A DNA stretch of 63,850 nucleotides, filler included, from Olpidium bornovanus S191 (GCA_017911155.1; 30 parts of 30 records of this genome joined end to end with filler, not necessarily neighbours in it), one strand, 5' to 3'. Positions 1 through 11,842 are shown, numbered from the whole stretch's first letter. Translations and numbers: made by a program. Notes: generated by a model from the sequence alone, not told the origin.

Positions 1-2197
1 CATGTAATTAGACGCTCTGCCCGCGTTGCTGTTTCCATTATTGCTGCTGTTGTTCGTGAGCGCCGCACGGCAAGAAACCATCGCGTTCGAGGTGGCCCGC
101 GCCGAGGCCGGCAAGAGCCTTGAGCAACTCTCCGCAAGAAGGTCGGCAAGCCTGAAGCAGGGCGCTTCTGATTGCGGCAGCAGCGGCGGCGTTGCGAAAA
201 AGCGCCAGTCCGACAGGGCGGGGGCGTGGAGACTTGATGACCCGCGCCTCGCGAATTCTGCCGTGAAGAAGAACTGAATTCGGCGCATGCAGGTCCTTCA
301 CGGCAATTTCCTCCGCCCATGTTCGAGCGGTGAGTCGCGTCGACGGGCCCGCGCATTCGTTTTGAGCAAGCCTCTCCGCTCCATCCGATCTTCCGTCGCC
401 CTTACAGGACACCGAACGGCACGCCGCTACTTCCGCAGAAGCTACTCAGAAGCTGCAAGCTTTGGGGGCGAATTTGGACGACCGCGCCGTTCACGCGCGG
501 CGCGACGGTTCCGCACCTGCGGCCCGAAACCCCCTCCTCGAAGCGCCGCCCGATCACTGCCGACCGCGGGGTACAACCCCTCAGTTCGAATCATGTTCCG
601 ACGCTGTTTTGGACTGAAGCCGGGGCGTTGGATTCAGTACCGACCGCCGGAACCGCATCTCCGCGGGTAATCTGGTGCGCCGATTCGGCGGACCGTCAGG
701 GGGGGAACGGAGCTCACTGGGGGGTGGGTCGGGGTGATGCTCGCCTGATGGGTTTCTTTTATTCGGGGTGGGCGGGGGGCGTGTGAAAAAAAAAAGGTTT
801 TGTGCTCCGGTTTCGGAGTTACACGTCCCTGACGACCGGGCCCCTCGCCCGTTCCTCTTCTTCCCCTTTCCCCCCCCCCACCCTTCTCCTTCCTTCCCCT
901 CCGCCCCTTTGCTTTGCAGGTCGCGAAACTGCGGTCGGACGCTAAAATGAGGGATTTTTTCCCCCTAATAATCGGAAGAGAGAGAGAGATGAGAAGAAAT
1001 GTCGCAATTAAGCTCGGCCCGCCCTTTTTTTCCCCCCCCCCCCCTCCGGCGCGCCCCGCCCCCTTTTTTCCCCTTTCCCGCGGACGCGACCCGGGGGAGG
1101 GGGGGTGAACGCAACAATTTTCCGCAGCGGAATTCCAGCGCGGGGCGGGGGGGGGAAGCTGCGCGGTGATTTATTTTTTTTTTATGGGAGGGAACGGACG
1201 GGAGGGAACGGACGGCGGGGGGGCGGGTGAGAGAGAGCGTGAGCGGGGCGCCACCGGGACGGGGCGCGGGCGGGGCGGGCGGGATCTCGCGCGCCCACCG
1301 CTCCGGGGGGCGACAAAGAAATCTGAAAAATACTGCAGGCAAAACACGTGACCCCCGGGAGTGGCCAGAAAATGACAAACTGGAAACCTGCCCGGGCCCC
1401 TTCTTTCCCCCTTCTTCCCCCCCCCCCCCCCTCCCCCCCCCCCCCCCCCACCCGCGCTCGCGCCAACGACGAGACGACGAGATGACGGATTATTGCCCAA
1501 TAATGGTCGAACAAAAAAGGAAACAAAAAGAAGAAGAAAATAAAAAGAAAACGAAAATGACACGCCTTCCTGAGGTCGCCGGCCGCCCCCGTCTCTGCTG
1601 TAAAACCAAAGAAAGAAAGAAAGAACAAAAAAAAAAAACGAATAAAGAAAAGAAGAAATAAAAAGTCCACCGCCGCAGTCCACACCCTTTATTTTTCTTA
1701 CGGTGCTGTCTCTCCGTCCTCCACCCCCTCCGCTCCCTTTCCCCTCCGCCCCCCTCCCTCTCCCCCACTTCCTCAAACCTTATATCCTCTTCCTGGTAGT
1801 CTCGCTGCTGAACTTCCGCCGGCCACCGATAGCCTTGCTCTTGCCTCTCGTGTTGTGCCGAAGCCCTTTCCTCGGGCCGCTTTCGTAAGCGGAATCTCGA
1901 TCCCGTCCGCCTTGTCGGCATATAAGCTGTCCCTCGCCATTCCCCGCCTTGCGTCCGAACCCTGGACGACAGACTCCTTCACCGCGGGTTCCCACCCGGC
2001 CCCGCAGCGCAGAAGCCCCGGGGCCGGCCCGAAGCCGCGGTGCACTGTTTGCGGCGGCCGTTGCAGCCTCTCCGCCGTCAAACGACGTCCGCAGCAATTG
2101 GCGAAGAGCCCCTCGCCCTTTCGACCCTCTCCCCGGACTGCTCAAGAACAGCGCGGGGTGCGGGCCGGCAGGAGACCGTCCGGACGGCACGCCGTGG

Positions 2198-3801
2198 ATG
2201 GAATCAAGGTACCACGCCCTCCTCAACGCCGTGCCCGACGCCATAGTGATCGTGGACGTTGAGAGCACGATAAAGTTCGTCAACGTCCAGACGGAAAGGT
2301 TTTTTGGGTACACGAAGGATGAGCTCATCGGCCAGCCCGTCGAGGCGCTCATCCCGGAGAGGTCGCGGACGAGGCACCGCGCGAACACCCGCCAGTACGT
2401 CCAGCACCCGATCACACGGCCGATGGGCTCGGGGATGAACCTGTCGGGGAGGAGGAAGGACGGGTCCGAGTTCCCCATCGACATCAGCCTCAGCTCGGTC
2501 ACGTTCGACCAGGAGGTCTTCGTGATCAGCGCCATCCGGGACATCAGCGAACGACGCCGGTTCGAGATCGAGATCCTCCAGGCCCGCCAGACCGCCATAG
2601 AGGCGTCCAGGATGAAGTCGGAGTTCCTCGCGAACATGAGCCACGAGATCCGCACCCCCATGAACGGCGTCCTGGGAATGACCGAGCTTCTCGCGAGGAC
2701 GACGCTCTCCGCAGATCAGCAGTCTTACGTGAGCGCCATCCAGAAGTCCGGCGACTCCCTCTTAAAAATCATAAACAGCATACTGGACTTCTCCAAGATC
2801 GAGGCCGGGAAGCTCGAGCTCGAACGGAAACCGTTCGACCTTCTCCACTTTTTAGAAGACATACGCCAGCTCATGGTCGTTCTCGTGCAGGAAAAAGGGC
2901 TGCACATGTTGGTGACGACGGGACGCGACGTACCCCGGTACTTGAAGGGAGACGCGGACCGCCTCAGGCAAATTCTGATCAACCTTATCAACAACGCGAT
3001 CAAGTTCACCGACAACGGAGAGATCATTGTCACCATCCGCATGCTGGAAAAGGACGCCGACCTTTCGTCCTCGACGTCCGACCACTTGCCGGCCGAGATC
3101 TCGACCGCCAGTTCCGACAAGACGACGGAGACGCTGGTCAACCCCGAGTCCGCGTCAGAGATCAAAAAGGCAGACTCGGAGACGTCGCCGACGGCATGCC
3201 CGGCCGGCGAAGAATCCACGGCTGACGCTTGCACGGGCGCGGACGAGTCCGATTTGACCCCGGCCGGCGTGAACGCGGACGACGCGAAGCGGACGCCAAA
3301 CTTACAGAGCCCCCCGAAGAGCGTGGTGACCGTGCACTTCGACATCAAGGACACGGGCATGGGCATCCTGGAGACGCTGCAGCCACACATCTTCACCGCC
3401 TTCACCCAGGGCGACACGAGCGTCACGCGCCGGCAGGGGGGTACGGGCCTCGGACTCACCATCTGCAAAAACCTCGTCGACATGATGGGCGGGAAGATCG
3501 GGTTCTCGAGCGTGGTCAAGGGCGGCTCTGTCTTCTGGTTCGAGGTGCCGCTGGAGGTGGTCAAGATCCACGACGTCCTTCGCCTCCCGCCGAGCCACCC
3601 GCGCCGGTCGAGCGAGGAGATCAAGAGCGCCCGGGTGCTCGCCGTCGACGACAACCAAATCAACCTCAACATCGCGAAGAAGATGCTCGAGACGTTCAAG
3701 CTCAAGGTCGACGTCGTTCCCGGGGGCCAGCAGGCGTGCGAGCAGGCGAGCAAGGTCCACTACGACCTGATTTTTATGGACTGCCAGATGCCCGACATGG
3801 A
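2198..3801 (+). CDS. Hybrid sensor histidine kinase, PAS-HisKA-HATPase_c-REC (3' truncated at contig end; true start may lie upstream)
   Basis: PAS (LLNAVPDAIVIVD...GRRKDGSEFPIDISLS...AIRDISER), H-box MSHEIRTPMNGVLG, N-box QILINLINNAIKFT, G1 DIKDTGMGI, F-box HIFTAFTQGD, G2 GGTGLGLTIC, receiver VLAVDDNQIN...FMDCQMP. Uninterrupted frame from ATG 2198 (frame open from 1889). Confidence 0.95.
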
Positions 3802-3901
3802 NNNNNNNNNNNNNNNNNNNNNNNNNNNNNNNNNNNNNNNNNNNNTTAATTAATTAANNNNNNNNNNNNNNNNNNNNNNNNNNNNNNNNNNNNNNNNNNN
3901 N
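3802..3901. other. Artificial contig spacer (44 N + TTAATTAATTAA six-frame stop + 44 N); first of 29 identical spacers
   Basis: Seen directly. Spacers start at 3802, 5242, 6410, 9202, 13129, 14815, 16741, 21073, 23782, 26164, 27799, 28963, 30078, 31980, 34868, 37972, 39189, 40860, 43402, 45531, 46635, 49068, 50688, 52879, 54170, 56576, 58674, 61016, 62591. All contigs are at least 1 kb and not length-sorted. ORFs ending in X..LIN run into these linkers. Confidence 0.99.
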
Positions 3902-4168
3902 TGTCGGTTGCGGCGTCCGGGTCCGGCCGTTTCGCGCGTTCCTTCGACGCGGGTTGATTCTGGTCGTTCCGGGAAGGACGGCAGCTTCTCATTGGTCCGC
4001 CTGTCGGCGGGCCGTTGCCATGGGGAACGCTCGACCCGGCGGTTCCCCACACCCCGCACCCCGCGCCCCACCCGAACCCGACGCCGCCCACGCCCTCCTC
4101 GCGTCCGGTCCGTGCTCGACGGCGGCGGCGGCGGCGGCGGCGGCGGCGCGAAGGCAAATGATATTGCG

Positions 4169-4246
4169 TCCTCCTCGTCCTCCTCGTCCTCCTCGTCCTC
4201 CTCGTCCTCCTCGTCCTCCTCGTCCTCCTCGTCCTCCTCCTCCTCC
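4169..4246. repeat. (TCCTCCTCG)n 9-bp microsatellite, about 8 units, next to a (GGC)n run at 4121-4147
   Basis: Seen directly. Reads (EED)n on minus or poly-Ser on plus; no recognisable domain around it. Confidence 0.85.
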
Positions 4247-5991
4247 CGGATCCGGGAGTCAAAGCCTGCGGCCTCCTCCTGCCCTTCCACGCGCGCGCGC
4301 CCGCTCACGCCCGCCCGCCAGCCCCGCACGCGCGCAGGGCCGCGCACCCCCGCACGCCCCCGCCCCTCTCCCCTTTTCCTTCCCGCGCGCGCACACACCC
4401 TCTCTCGTTCCCGCGCGCGCTGCCCCGCCGCGTCCCTGCGGTCGCCCGGCTCTCGGCCGTGCGCTCGCGCCCTCCGCAAGAGCACAACCCCCCGAGAGAG
4501 AGAGAGAGAGAACCCGCCCGAGTCCTTCTAACAAGCCCGCGCCTGTCTTCTCTTGCGGGTGTCCTGGTTGTCAGTGATCTCGGGAAGACGGGAACCTCCT
4601 CTCGTCGGCTTCTTCCCACCCTCCCCGCCTTCCCCACCCCCGCCCTCCCACTCGCCACGCAGAGATGGCCGCCGACTATCTCTCTAACTAAGCCCCAAGT
4701 ACTCTTCTACGCCACACTCGTCCCCCTTCCCCCCCCCCTTCGACACCTCCTTCCCCCTTCCCACCTCCGGCTACCGGGCCACTCCCCGGAGGCTTCTTCC
4801 CCTGGCCCTTCTTCGCCGGCGCGGGGCGCGAGGTTCGCGCGCGCGTGAGGACGCGTCGTCCTCCTCGGCAAAAAGCGGCCCTTTCTCTCCGCAGGCCCCG
4901 CGAACTGCCAGCCCTGCGGCCCGCAGGCGGGGCCCGTGTGGTCGCAGAGACGCGGGGGAGCCCCCGTGGCCGGGCGGTAAGCTTCGCGTTGCGCGCCCGG
5001 GCGACGGACGGCGTCAGCAACCGGCGGCGGAAAGAGAGACAGGCGGGAGGGGTGAGGGGGGGGGGGAAGTGGGCGAGGAGCGAGTTGGGCCGTACCTGTC
5101 GCCAGCAGAGCAGAGCGGAGCGCGTGCGTGCGTGCGAGCGCGTTTGCGGTCGGAGTGGAGTTGGGAGGTTGTTGCTTGGAATAATTTTTTTTTCTTTTTT
5201 TTTTTTTTTTTTTTGGTGGAGCGGGGGAGGAGGGGGGGAAANNNNNNNNNNNNNNNNNNNNNNNNNNNNNNNNNNNNNNNNNNNNTTAATTAATTAANNN
5301 NNNNNNNNNNNNNNNNNNNNNNNNNNNNNNNNNNNNNNNNNGCCCCGGTCGATCAAACGCACGCGCGCACAAAAACGAACACAGAACCCCTTCGCGGCTG
5401 GATGCCTCGTGACCGCCGCGCCCTACGGCCGGGCTGTCGGCGCTCTCCGTGGGACGGCATGACCTGTTGAATTCGGAAGTCAGGGTCCGAAAAGGAGCTC
5501 AGCGGAAGCTGCTCTATTCCGAGAATACACACTGGCCCTTGTACAGAGCGGATTTACAGGGGCGAAACGCTTTTCTTGTCCGGCGGAACATTTGGTGGAA
5601 AGTTACCGGCGCTGTGTCTGAGACACTGTCAAAGAAGTTTTTCCACAAACTCTGTTTGTTGAAAAGACCAGGTGAAAACGACCAGAATGGGGACACTTTT
5701 GGCCGCCGCGAGTATTTTCCCCGAGAAAAACTCCCAAAACGGGCGGAAATGGTCTGGCCGGAGCAACGCCGCTACCGTGTGTGCCTGCGCTCAATCTCCC
5801 CCCCTGAAAAACCTGAGGCCGTTTTGCTTCCCGGCTGAGTTTCAGCGCCTTTTCCCCCACTTCCCTCAATTCCCCGCGGTTTTCGGGTCCGCCAGTTCAC
5901 ACGCCGTTCGAATCCGGTCATGTGTTTTGCTCAACAAAAAAAAAAAAAAAAAAAAAAGAAAAAGAAAAAGAACTGCGCCCGGCGCCTTTCG

Positions 5992-6263
5992 GCTCCAAAC
6001 AATGCTCCAAATGTTGTGTGGAAGAGGGACCGGCCCAATTCTGGTTGGGGCTGGTCGGCGCTGCTTTGCGCTGCCCCGCCCCAGACCCCCCTCCGCCCCC
6101 GTGGCCCCCCAGCCTTCCCCCCACCCCCCGCCGGGCCGCAATCGCAGCCTCGGACCCGCGCGCGTGGAGCACGTCAACGGAGGGAAACAGCATGTACCAG
6201 CGGTGTGTTTCCCTTTTGACCCGTGCGGGCGGAGCGCGCGCGGTCGCAGGACAACGGGACGAA

Positions 6264-6297
<34 letters not shown>

Positions 6298-6409
6298 GGG
6301 GGGGGGGGGGGGGGGTCTGGGGCGGGGCAGCGCAAAGCAGCGCCGACCAGCCCCAACCAGAATTGGGCCGGTCCCTCTTCCACACAACATTTGGAGCATT
6401 GTTTGGAGC
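5992..6409. repeat. Fold-back (inverted duplication) at the contig end
   Basis: 5992-6091 is the exact reverse complement of 6310-6409 (100 bp). The inner arms are degenerate copies of each other and meet near CATG at 6191-6194. Confidence 0.9.
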
Positions 6410-6586
6410 NNNNNNNNNNNNNNNNNNNNNNNNNNNNNNNNNNNNNNNNNNNNTTAATTAATTAANNNNNNNNNNNNNNNNNNNNNNNNNNNNNNNNNNN
6501 NNNNNNNNNCGAGGCTCACCACAAATCTGTTCGGCGCGGCTCGGCGCTCCCGCCCGCCGTGCAAATCAGACGCACGTTTTTTCCCT

Positions 6587-6623
<37 letters not shown>

Positions 6624-6685
6624 CGTTTCCCTTCTTTTGCTGATATCTCGCGTGCTCGGCGCGTGGACACGCCCTTTCCTCTCAG

Positions 6686-9201
6686 GTACATCGTGACGAG
6701 TGCGGGTGACGTGCTGATCCAGGCCGTCGCCGGGGCCGAGAACGCGGCGTGCGCCGACCCCCTCGGCCTGGCCCAAGCCCCTGCGGCGTACGCGGACCCG
6801 GACTACGCCCACGGGGAAGCCCTCCTCCCGCCGGGAGACAATGTCGTCAGGATCGTGGCCGTCGGATCCGCTGGAGACGCCGCTGTCGGGTGGTTCCCCG
6901 TCCCGCTGCCCGCGCCGGCGACCTCCGCCCCGACGACGGCAGACGAAGCGACCTCTTCCGCCGCCGAGCCGGCGATGTCCACGACAACCGACGTGAGTCG
7001 CGGCGGCGGGCCCGCCGGGCTGTCCCTTCGCGCGCCGAACGCACGACGCGCCCCGATCCGACTGACTCCCGAACTCGCGCCTTTCACGCGTCGGCCCAGA
7101 CCATCACCGTGCCCGCCGTAACGACCACCACGAGGTAAAAACGGGGGCGTCCCCTCTCTCAGCTTACCGTCTATGCGGACGCTTCCCGCGCCGCTTCCCC
7201 GACCGCCCACCCCCCCCCCCCCCCCCCCCCTCCCCTTGCAACTGGGCCCCGGATCCCGAAATGGCTGACGTCCGCTTCTTCGCTGCGCAGCCTCACGACT
7301 TTCACTCGCACCATCACCATCCCGGTCACGGTCACGGACGGCGGCGTAGTCACCACGAGCGAGATCGTCAGCACGGAGACCATCGTCGAGACCGTCACCG
7401 CCGCGGTGACGCTGACCGAAACCCCGCCGCCGGTCCCGATGACCGTTACGCACGTCCACACCGCCTTCAACACGGTGACCCGGGTGTGGGAGACTGTCGT
7501 CGGTGACACCACGGTGCGTTCCTTCCTCCGCACCTTTTTCCCCCTTCCCCAACAAGTTCCCCTTCCGCAGCCGCTCTTTCGCCCGAGACGCGTGCTGAGG
7601 TTCCCCCCCCCCGGTTGCCGTCGTAGGTCACATCCACCGAAATCGCGACGATTACCGAGGAGGGGACCGAGCTCTCCACCACCCTGGTCGCGGCGGAGAC
7701 TGTCACCGAGGAGATTACGAGCACGGAAGTCCGCACCCTCATCGACGTCAGCACGAGCACCACTACAGCCGATGCCGAAGAGACCACGACCACGCGTTCC
7801 GTGACGGTCACCGGCACCGTCATCGTCAGCGAGGAAGGAGCGACGACGATCCCGCCGCCTGAAGTTCCCTCGGGCGAGGAGTCCGGCGCCGCGTCCGAAG
7901 AGTCCCCCGCCCCGACCGTAACCGTGACGGAAACGAGAGAACCGAGCAGCGACGCGTCTTCCGAGGTTCCGTCCGCCACCTCCGAAGAACCTTCCGCCGC
8001 CGCGGAAACCACGACGGTCGGCGAGTCGTCCTCCGTCACGGAAGAAGCGTCCTCCTCCGCCACGGAGGAAGCGTCCTCTTCCGCCGAAGGCCCCGTCACC
8101 GTTACGGAAACGCGGGTCCCCGCGGAAGAGACCGTCACGGTCACCGTCGACTGCGCCCCGAGTTCCGCAGATCGCGACATCGACGCCACAACGGCCACCG
8201 CGGAGGCCACCGCGTCCACGGATCCTCTGTCCTCCTCTTCTGTGACCGAAGGTATAGTCATCGCGGGAGCGCGACGGGAAATAAAAAACCCGACCCCGCC
8301 GACGTCTCTCCTCACTCACTCGCCCAACCCAACCACCCCGCTCCCCGCGTCCACCGCGCTCGCGCAGCCGTCTCTGAGTCGTCCGAGGCCGCGACCGACA
8401 CGTCGAGCGAGGCCGCGTCCCGGCCGACGCCCCGACCGACGACGTCTTCGAGACGCCGCCGGCGGACGCGCACGCGGAGCCCGACCACCATCAGCGCCAC
8501 GCCGGCACCGACGACCACCAGCGACGAGCCCGCGTCAACGGCCACCAGCGCCGAGCCCGCGCCGACCGCCAGTTCGGGCGCTGCGCTCCTGTCGCGCCGC
8601 TTCCTGGAATCTTGGATCGGCCGGAAACTCGTCCGACGCCAAGCGCCCGCCACGGTGACCGCCACGGTCACCGCGCCGACGCCGACCGCCACGGTCACGG
8701 AGTGCAGGGTCGCCGGGCCCACCGAGACCGCGCCGGCGAGCAGCGCGGAGGAGGCGACGAGCAGCGAGGGAACCGATTCGGTGACGTCGTCGGCCGGCCC
8801 CGAGACTACGGAGATCTCCGCCTCTGACGCGTCTACGCCTGCCAGCAGCGACGAGGTCACGGTCACCGAGACCACCGTGGTTCCTGAGCCGGCCACCAGC
8901 AGCGAGGAAACAGCGACGGTGACCGAGGTCGTCACGGCTCCTATTTCCGAAGAATCATCGGTCACGGTCATCGAGACCGCTGTGGTTCCTTCTTCGTCGG
9001 AAGAGTCGACCGGCAGCAGCGAGGAACGAGTGACTTTGACGGAGGTCGTCACGTCTCCGGTCCCGGAGGAACCTGTCACAGTCACGGAGACCACCGTGAT
9101 CCCTGCGCCGGAAGAGTCGACCAGCAGCAGCCAGGAGGCGGCGACGGTGACCGAGACCGTCACGTCCCCCGCCCCGGAAGAACCTGTCACGGTCACGGAG
9201 A
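6686..9201 (+). CDS. Ser/Thr/Glu/Val-rich mucin/adhesin-like protein, multi-exon, 5' and 3' incomplete
   Basis: Phase-consistent GT-AG exons 6686-6992, 7100-7134, 7291-7513, 7627-8251 and 8368-9201. Protein is full of VTVTET / TVTATVT motifs with 35-38 aa tandem units at the 3' end (VTVTETTVIPAPEESTSSSQEAATVTETVTSPAPEEP). No signal peptide visible because the 5' end is missing. Confidence 0.75.
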
Positions 9202-9301
9202 NNNNNNNNNNNNNNNNNNNNNNNNNNNNNNNNNNNNNNNNNNNNTTAATTAATTAANNNNNNNNNNNNNNNNNNNNNNNNNNNNNNNNNNNNNNNNNNN
9301 N

Positions 9302-11330
9302 CATGCAGCAAAAACTCAAGTCCCTGCGGGACAATGGTGTGCTCCAGTTGGTCCCTCGTCCACCGGATGTAATACCGATTACCGGCCGATGGCTTTACAA
9401 ATTTAAGTTTCGTTCCGATGAACAGTCGAGAAGTATAAAGCGCGCCCTATCGCTCGAGGTTTTACGTAGCGGAAATATGTAGATTTTGATGAGACTTATT
9501 CTCCAGCCCTATCGTTCACCTCCTTATGTTTTCTTTTCGCCATTGCCGCTCACCATCGCTGGCAGCTGCGGGGTTGCGATTTTACGATGGTTTACCTCAA
9601 CAGTGATCTAGACCGCCCAATTTTCCTCAAACAAATCCAGGGATACATCGACAAGCGCGCCCCCAATCACGTCTACCTCCTCCGCAAGGCGTTATACGGT
9701 TTAACACAGTCGGCATGTTGCTGGAATTCCGACCTCGACAAAGCACTCTGCTCCCTCAGTTTCCATCCCGTCCGCGGAGATGCATGTCTCTACGTTCTTC
9801 GTCACCAAGCTTCCATGCTGACACCCGGCAACGGCATACGGCGTGAGGAGGGGAGTGGAGGCGACCACAAACGCATCGACCACGACGGGCAAGGGGCCCA
9901 TAATTTTTCCAAAGGCGGACATGTTTTTTTCGAGGATTTTTTCGACCCCGTCCTGCACGACTTTAACTCTGTGATTGCAATACTCGCTACTTGGGTTGAT
10001 GATTTAATTCTTGCCGGGCCCATTCAACCCGTTTTCATCGATCTTGAGCGCGCAGCTCATGCCAGGTTCCCGCTGACATGCTCTGGTGCTCTCTCAAGTG
10101 TCCTCGGCATGCAAGTCCTGTGAGAAGACAATCTCGGAGCAGTGCACCTCGCGCAACGTCACTACACGCAAGCGCTGCTTGATCATTTTAATCATGCTGA
10201 TGCCCATCCGGGGCGTGTCCCGTTTGACCCTTCAGCAGTGCGCAGTCTCGGCGCGTGAACTGACGCCGCCAGCACAATCAAAAAGGCCAAGTTCGCCGAA
10301 TTAATTGGATCCCTGTTGTACCTGTCAACGAGAACCCGTCCCGACATCACGGCCGTGGTGGCTTTCACGCTTCACAGCCAACCCAGCCTCTGCGCATTGG
10401 AACGCCTTAAAGCACATTCTCAGGTACTTGCGAGGTACCCCCCATTACGGCTTGCACTACAACTTCGCGTCGCCCGACGCTTTGGGACCCCCCATATGCC
10501 TGAACGCATTCTCATAATCGGATTGGGGGTGCGCTGTCGACAGCAAATCAACTACCGAGTGTGTCATCCAGTGTCGGGGGAGAGCGTGGCCACTGCCCTC
10601 CCCACCCTCCCTCCCATAAAAAGAAAACAACCGCCCCCATCGCTTGCAGCGGCACGCCGCAATTACCTAGCAAAACAATAAAATAGCACGATAACAATGT
10701 CCGCACAGTGTTCCGACCGTCTTTGCGAAGACGCCCTGCGACTGCAACTCCGTATGACGCGGAGGCCGGCAGCTCCTTGGGCTTTCGGAGGAAGGAAGAA
10801 CAAAGCGGCCTGCCCGCCGACGATCCTTTGAAGGGCCTTTCGACAGAGCCTTTGTGTTATTCTGCGGTGGAACCCCACGATGCGCGTCCCTACCCACGGA
10901 AGAGACAGCCTTGCAGCAAAAGCCCTCGCTATCCATTTGACCCTCCTTCACACTCGACGTCGCGCACAAGTCAGCTGACACCGGTACGGTAACTCCCTTC
11001 TTGCATGGCGCTCCGGGCGTCAACCGTGCGTGGCTACCTCCTTGACGGAAGCGGAGATCATTGCAGCATCCAGAGCCGCGCGGGAAATAGTCTGGCTGAA
11101 GCAGATGGAGGACATCATTGGCGTTGCGGAGCCTGTCCCCCTTCGCATTGACAAACAGGGCACGATTTACATCACGCAAGACACTCGCCAAGTCAATAAG
11201 CGGTCTAAACACATTGAGAATCGCATCCGGACCGGCCGGAAATTGGTGGCGGGGAGTATCGTGCGGTGGGGCCGCGTTGTGGACATTAACGCCTACACGT
11301 ACGCCCGGTCCCTCGCGGCCTTGCTCGCGG
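9302..11330 (+). mobile_element. Decayed Ty1/copia retrotransposon: RT plus RNase H, with frameshifts and stops
   Basis: LKSLRDNGVLQLVPRP...GRWLYKFK...KYKARPIARGFT*...DETYSP; LRKALYGLTQSACCWN; ATWVDDLILAG; [16 protein letters not shown]; [15 protein letters not shown]; AWRSGRQPCVATSLTEAEIIAASRAAREIVWL; KRSKHIENRI. Copia RT-RH order and motifs. Confidence 0.93.
10572..10980. mobile_element. Solo LTR (409 bp, TGTC...GACA) nested in the copia RNase H
   Basis: Terminal inverted TGTC/GACA. Flanks CCAG (10568-71) and CCGG (10981-84) fit a 4-bp TSD with one transition. Removing the insert plus one TSD copy restores the frame: KSTTECVI-R/Q-YGNSLLAWRS. Confidence 0.75.
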
Positions 11331-11793
11331 AGCCTGGTCCGACGGCGCTTCGCGGGAGGCGACGGACATACTCGAGAACCCGCGATTCCCTGTCTCGCCC
11401 CTTTGGAACGGTGAGGGATGGATTGTACATTATGGGGGAGACCGGCCCGGCCCGTAAATCTAATTTCGGGGGCTACGGGGAGTTCCCCCCCCCCCCCCCG
11501 GTGTGCGGCACAAAACACCTGGGGGTGTCCGAAAGAGCTTCTGAACGACTGGAACCAAAGGAGATAAAGGCAGACGAGTGCACAATGGAGGGCGGAGACG
11601 GCGGACGGCGGGCGGCGGAGACTGCACTGCGCGGTTCGGAACGCTGTAGAGTTTCTACAAGCTTTTGGTTTGTTTTGTAATGGCGTCGGCGTGCGGGATT
11701 TACAGGCGGAAGAAAGGAGGGATGATTCCCGCAGGAGTCTGCGCCACCGGCTACGTCCGACCCCCTTTCCCCTTTTTTTCCAACAGCTTCCGC

Positions 11794-11842
<49 letters not shown>

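Noticed and set aside
575-600. GTTCGAATC B-box suggesting a tRNA
   Set aside because: The flanks do not pair into a T stem and no cloverleaf can be built.
720-1800. Many Pro/Gly/Lys/Phe-rich ORFs here and at 4850-5240, 14600-16740, 25100-26160, 45080-45530, 48400-49060, 50788-52878 and 56200-56575
   Set aside because: They are translations of homopolymer-rich intronic or intergenic DNA (poly-P, poly-G, poly-K, poly-F) with no domain signal.
2198-3801. Histidine kinase contig as bacterial contamination
   Set aside because: Its upstream region has the same homopolymer and polypyrimidine character as the other contigs, and the ATPase carries a eukaryote-style low-complexity insert. Coverage data would settle it.
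3846-3857. TTAATTAATTAA as a conserved motif or terminator, and ORFs ending in LIN
   Set aside because: Artificial six-frame stop linker repeated at every join.
6199-6218. GGTGTGTTTCCC shared with the 70-bp fold-back unit at 38341-38991
   Set aside because: Only 12 bp match and the flanks differ; compatible with chance.
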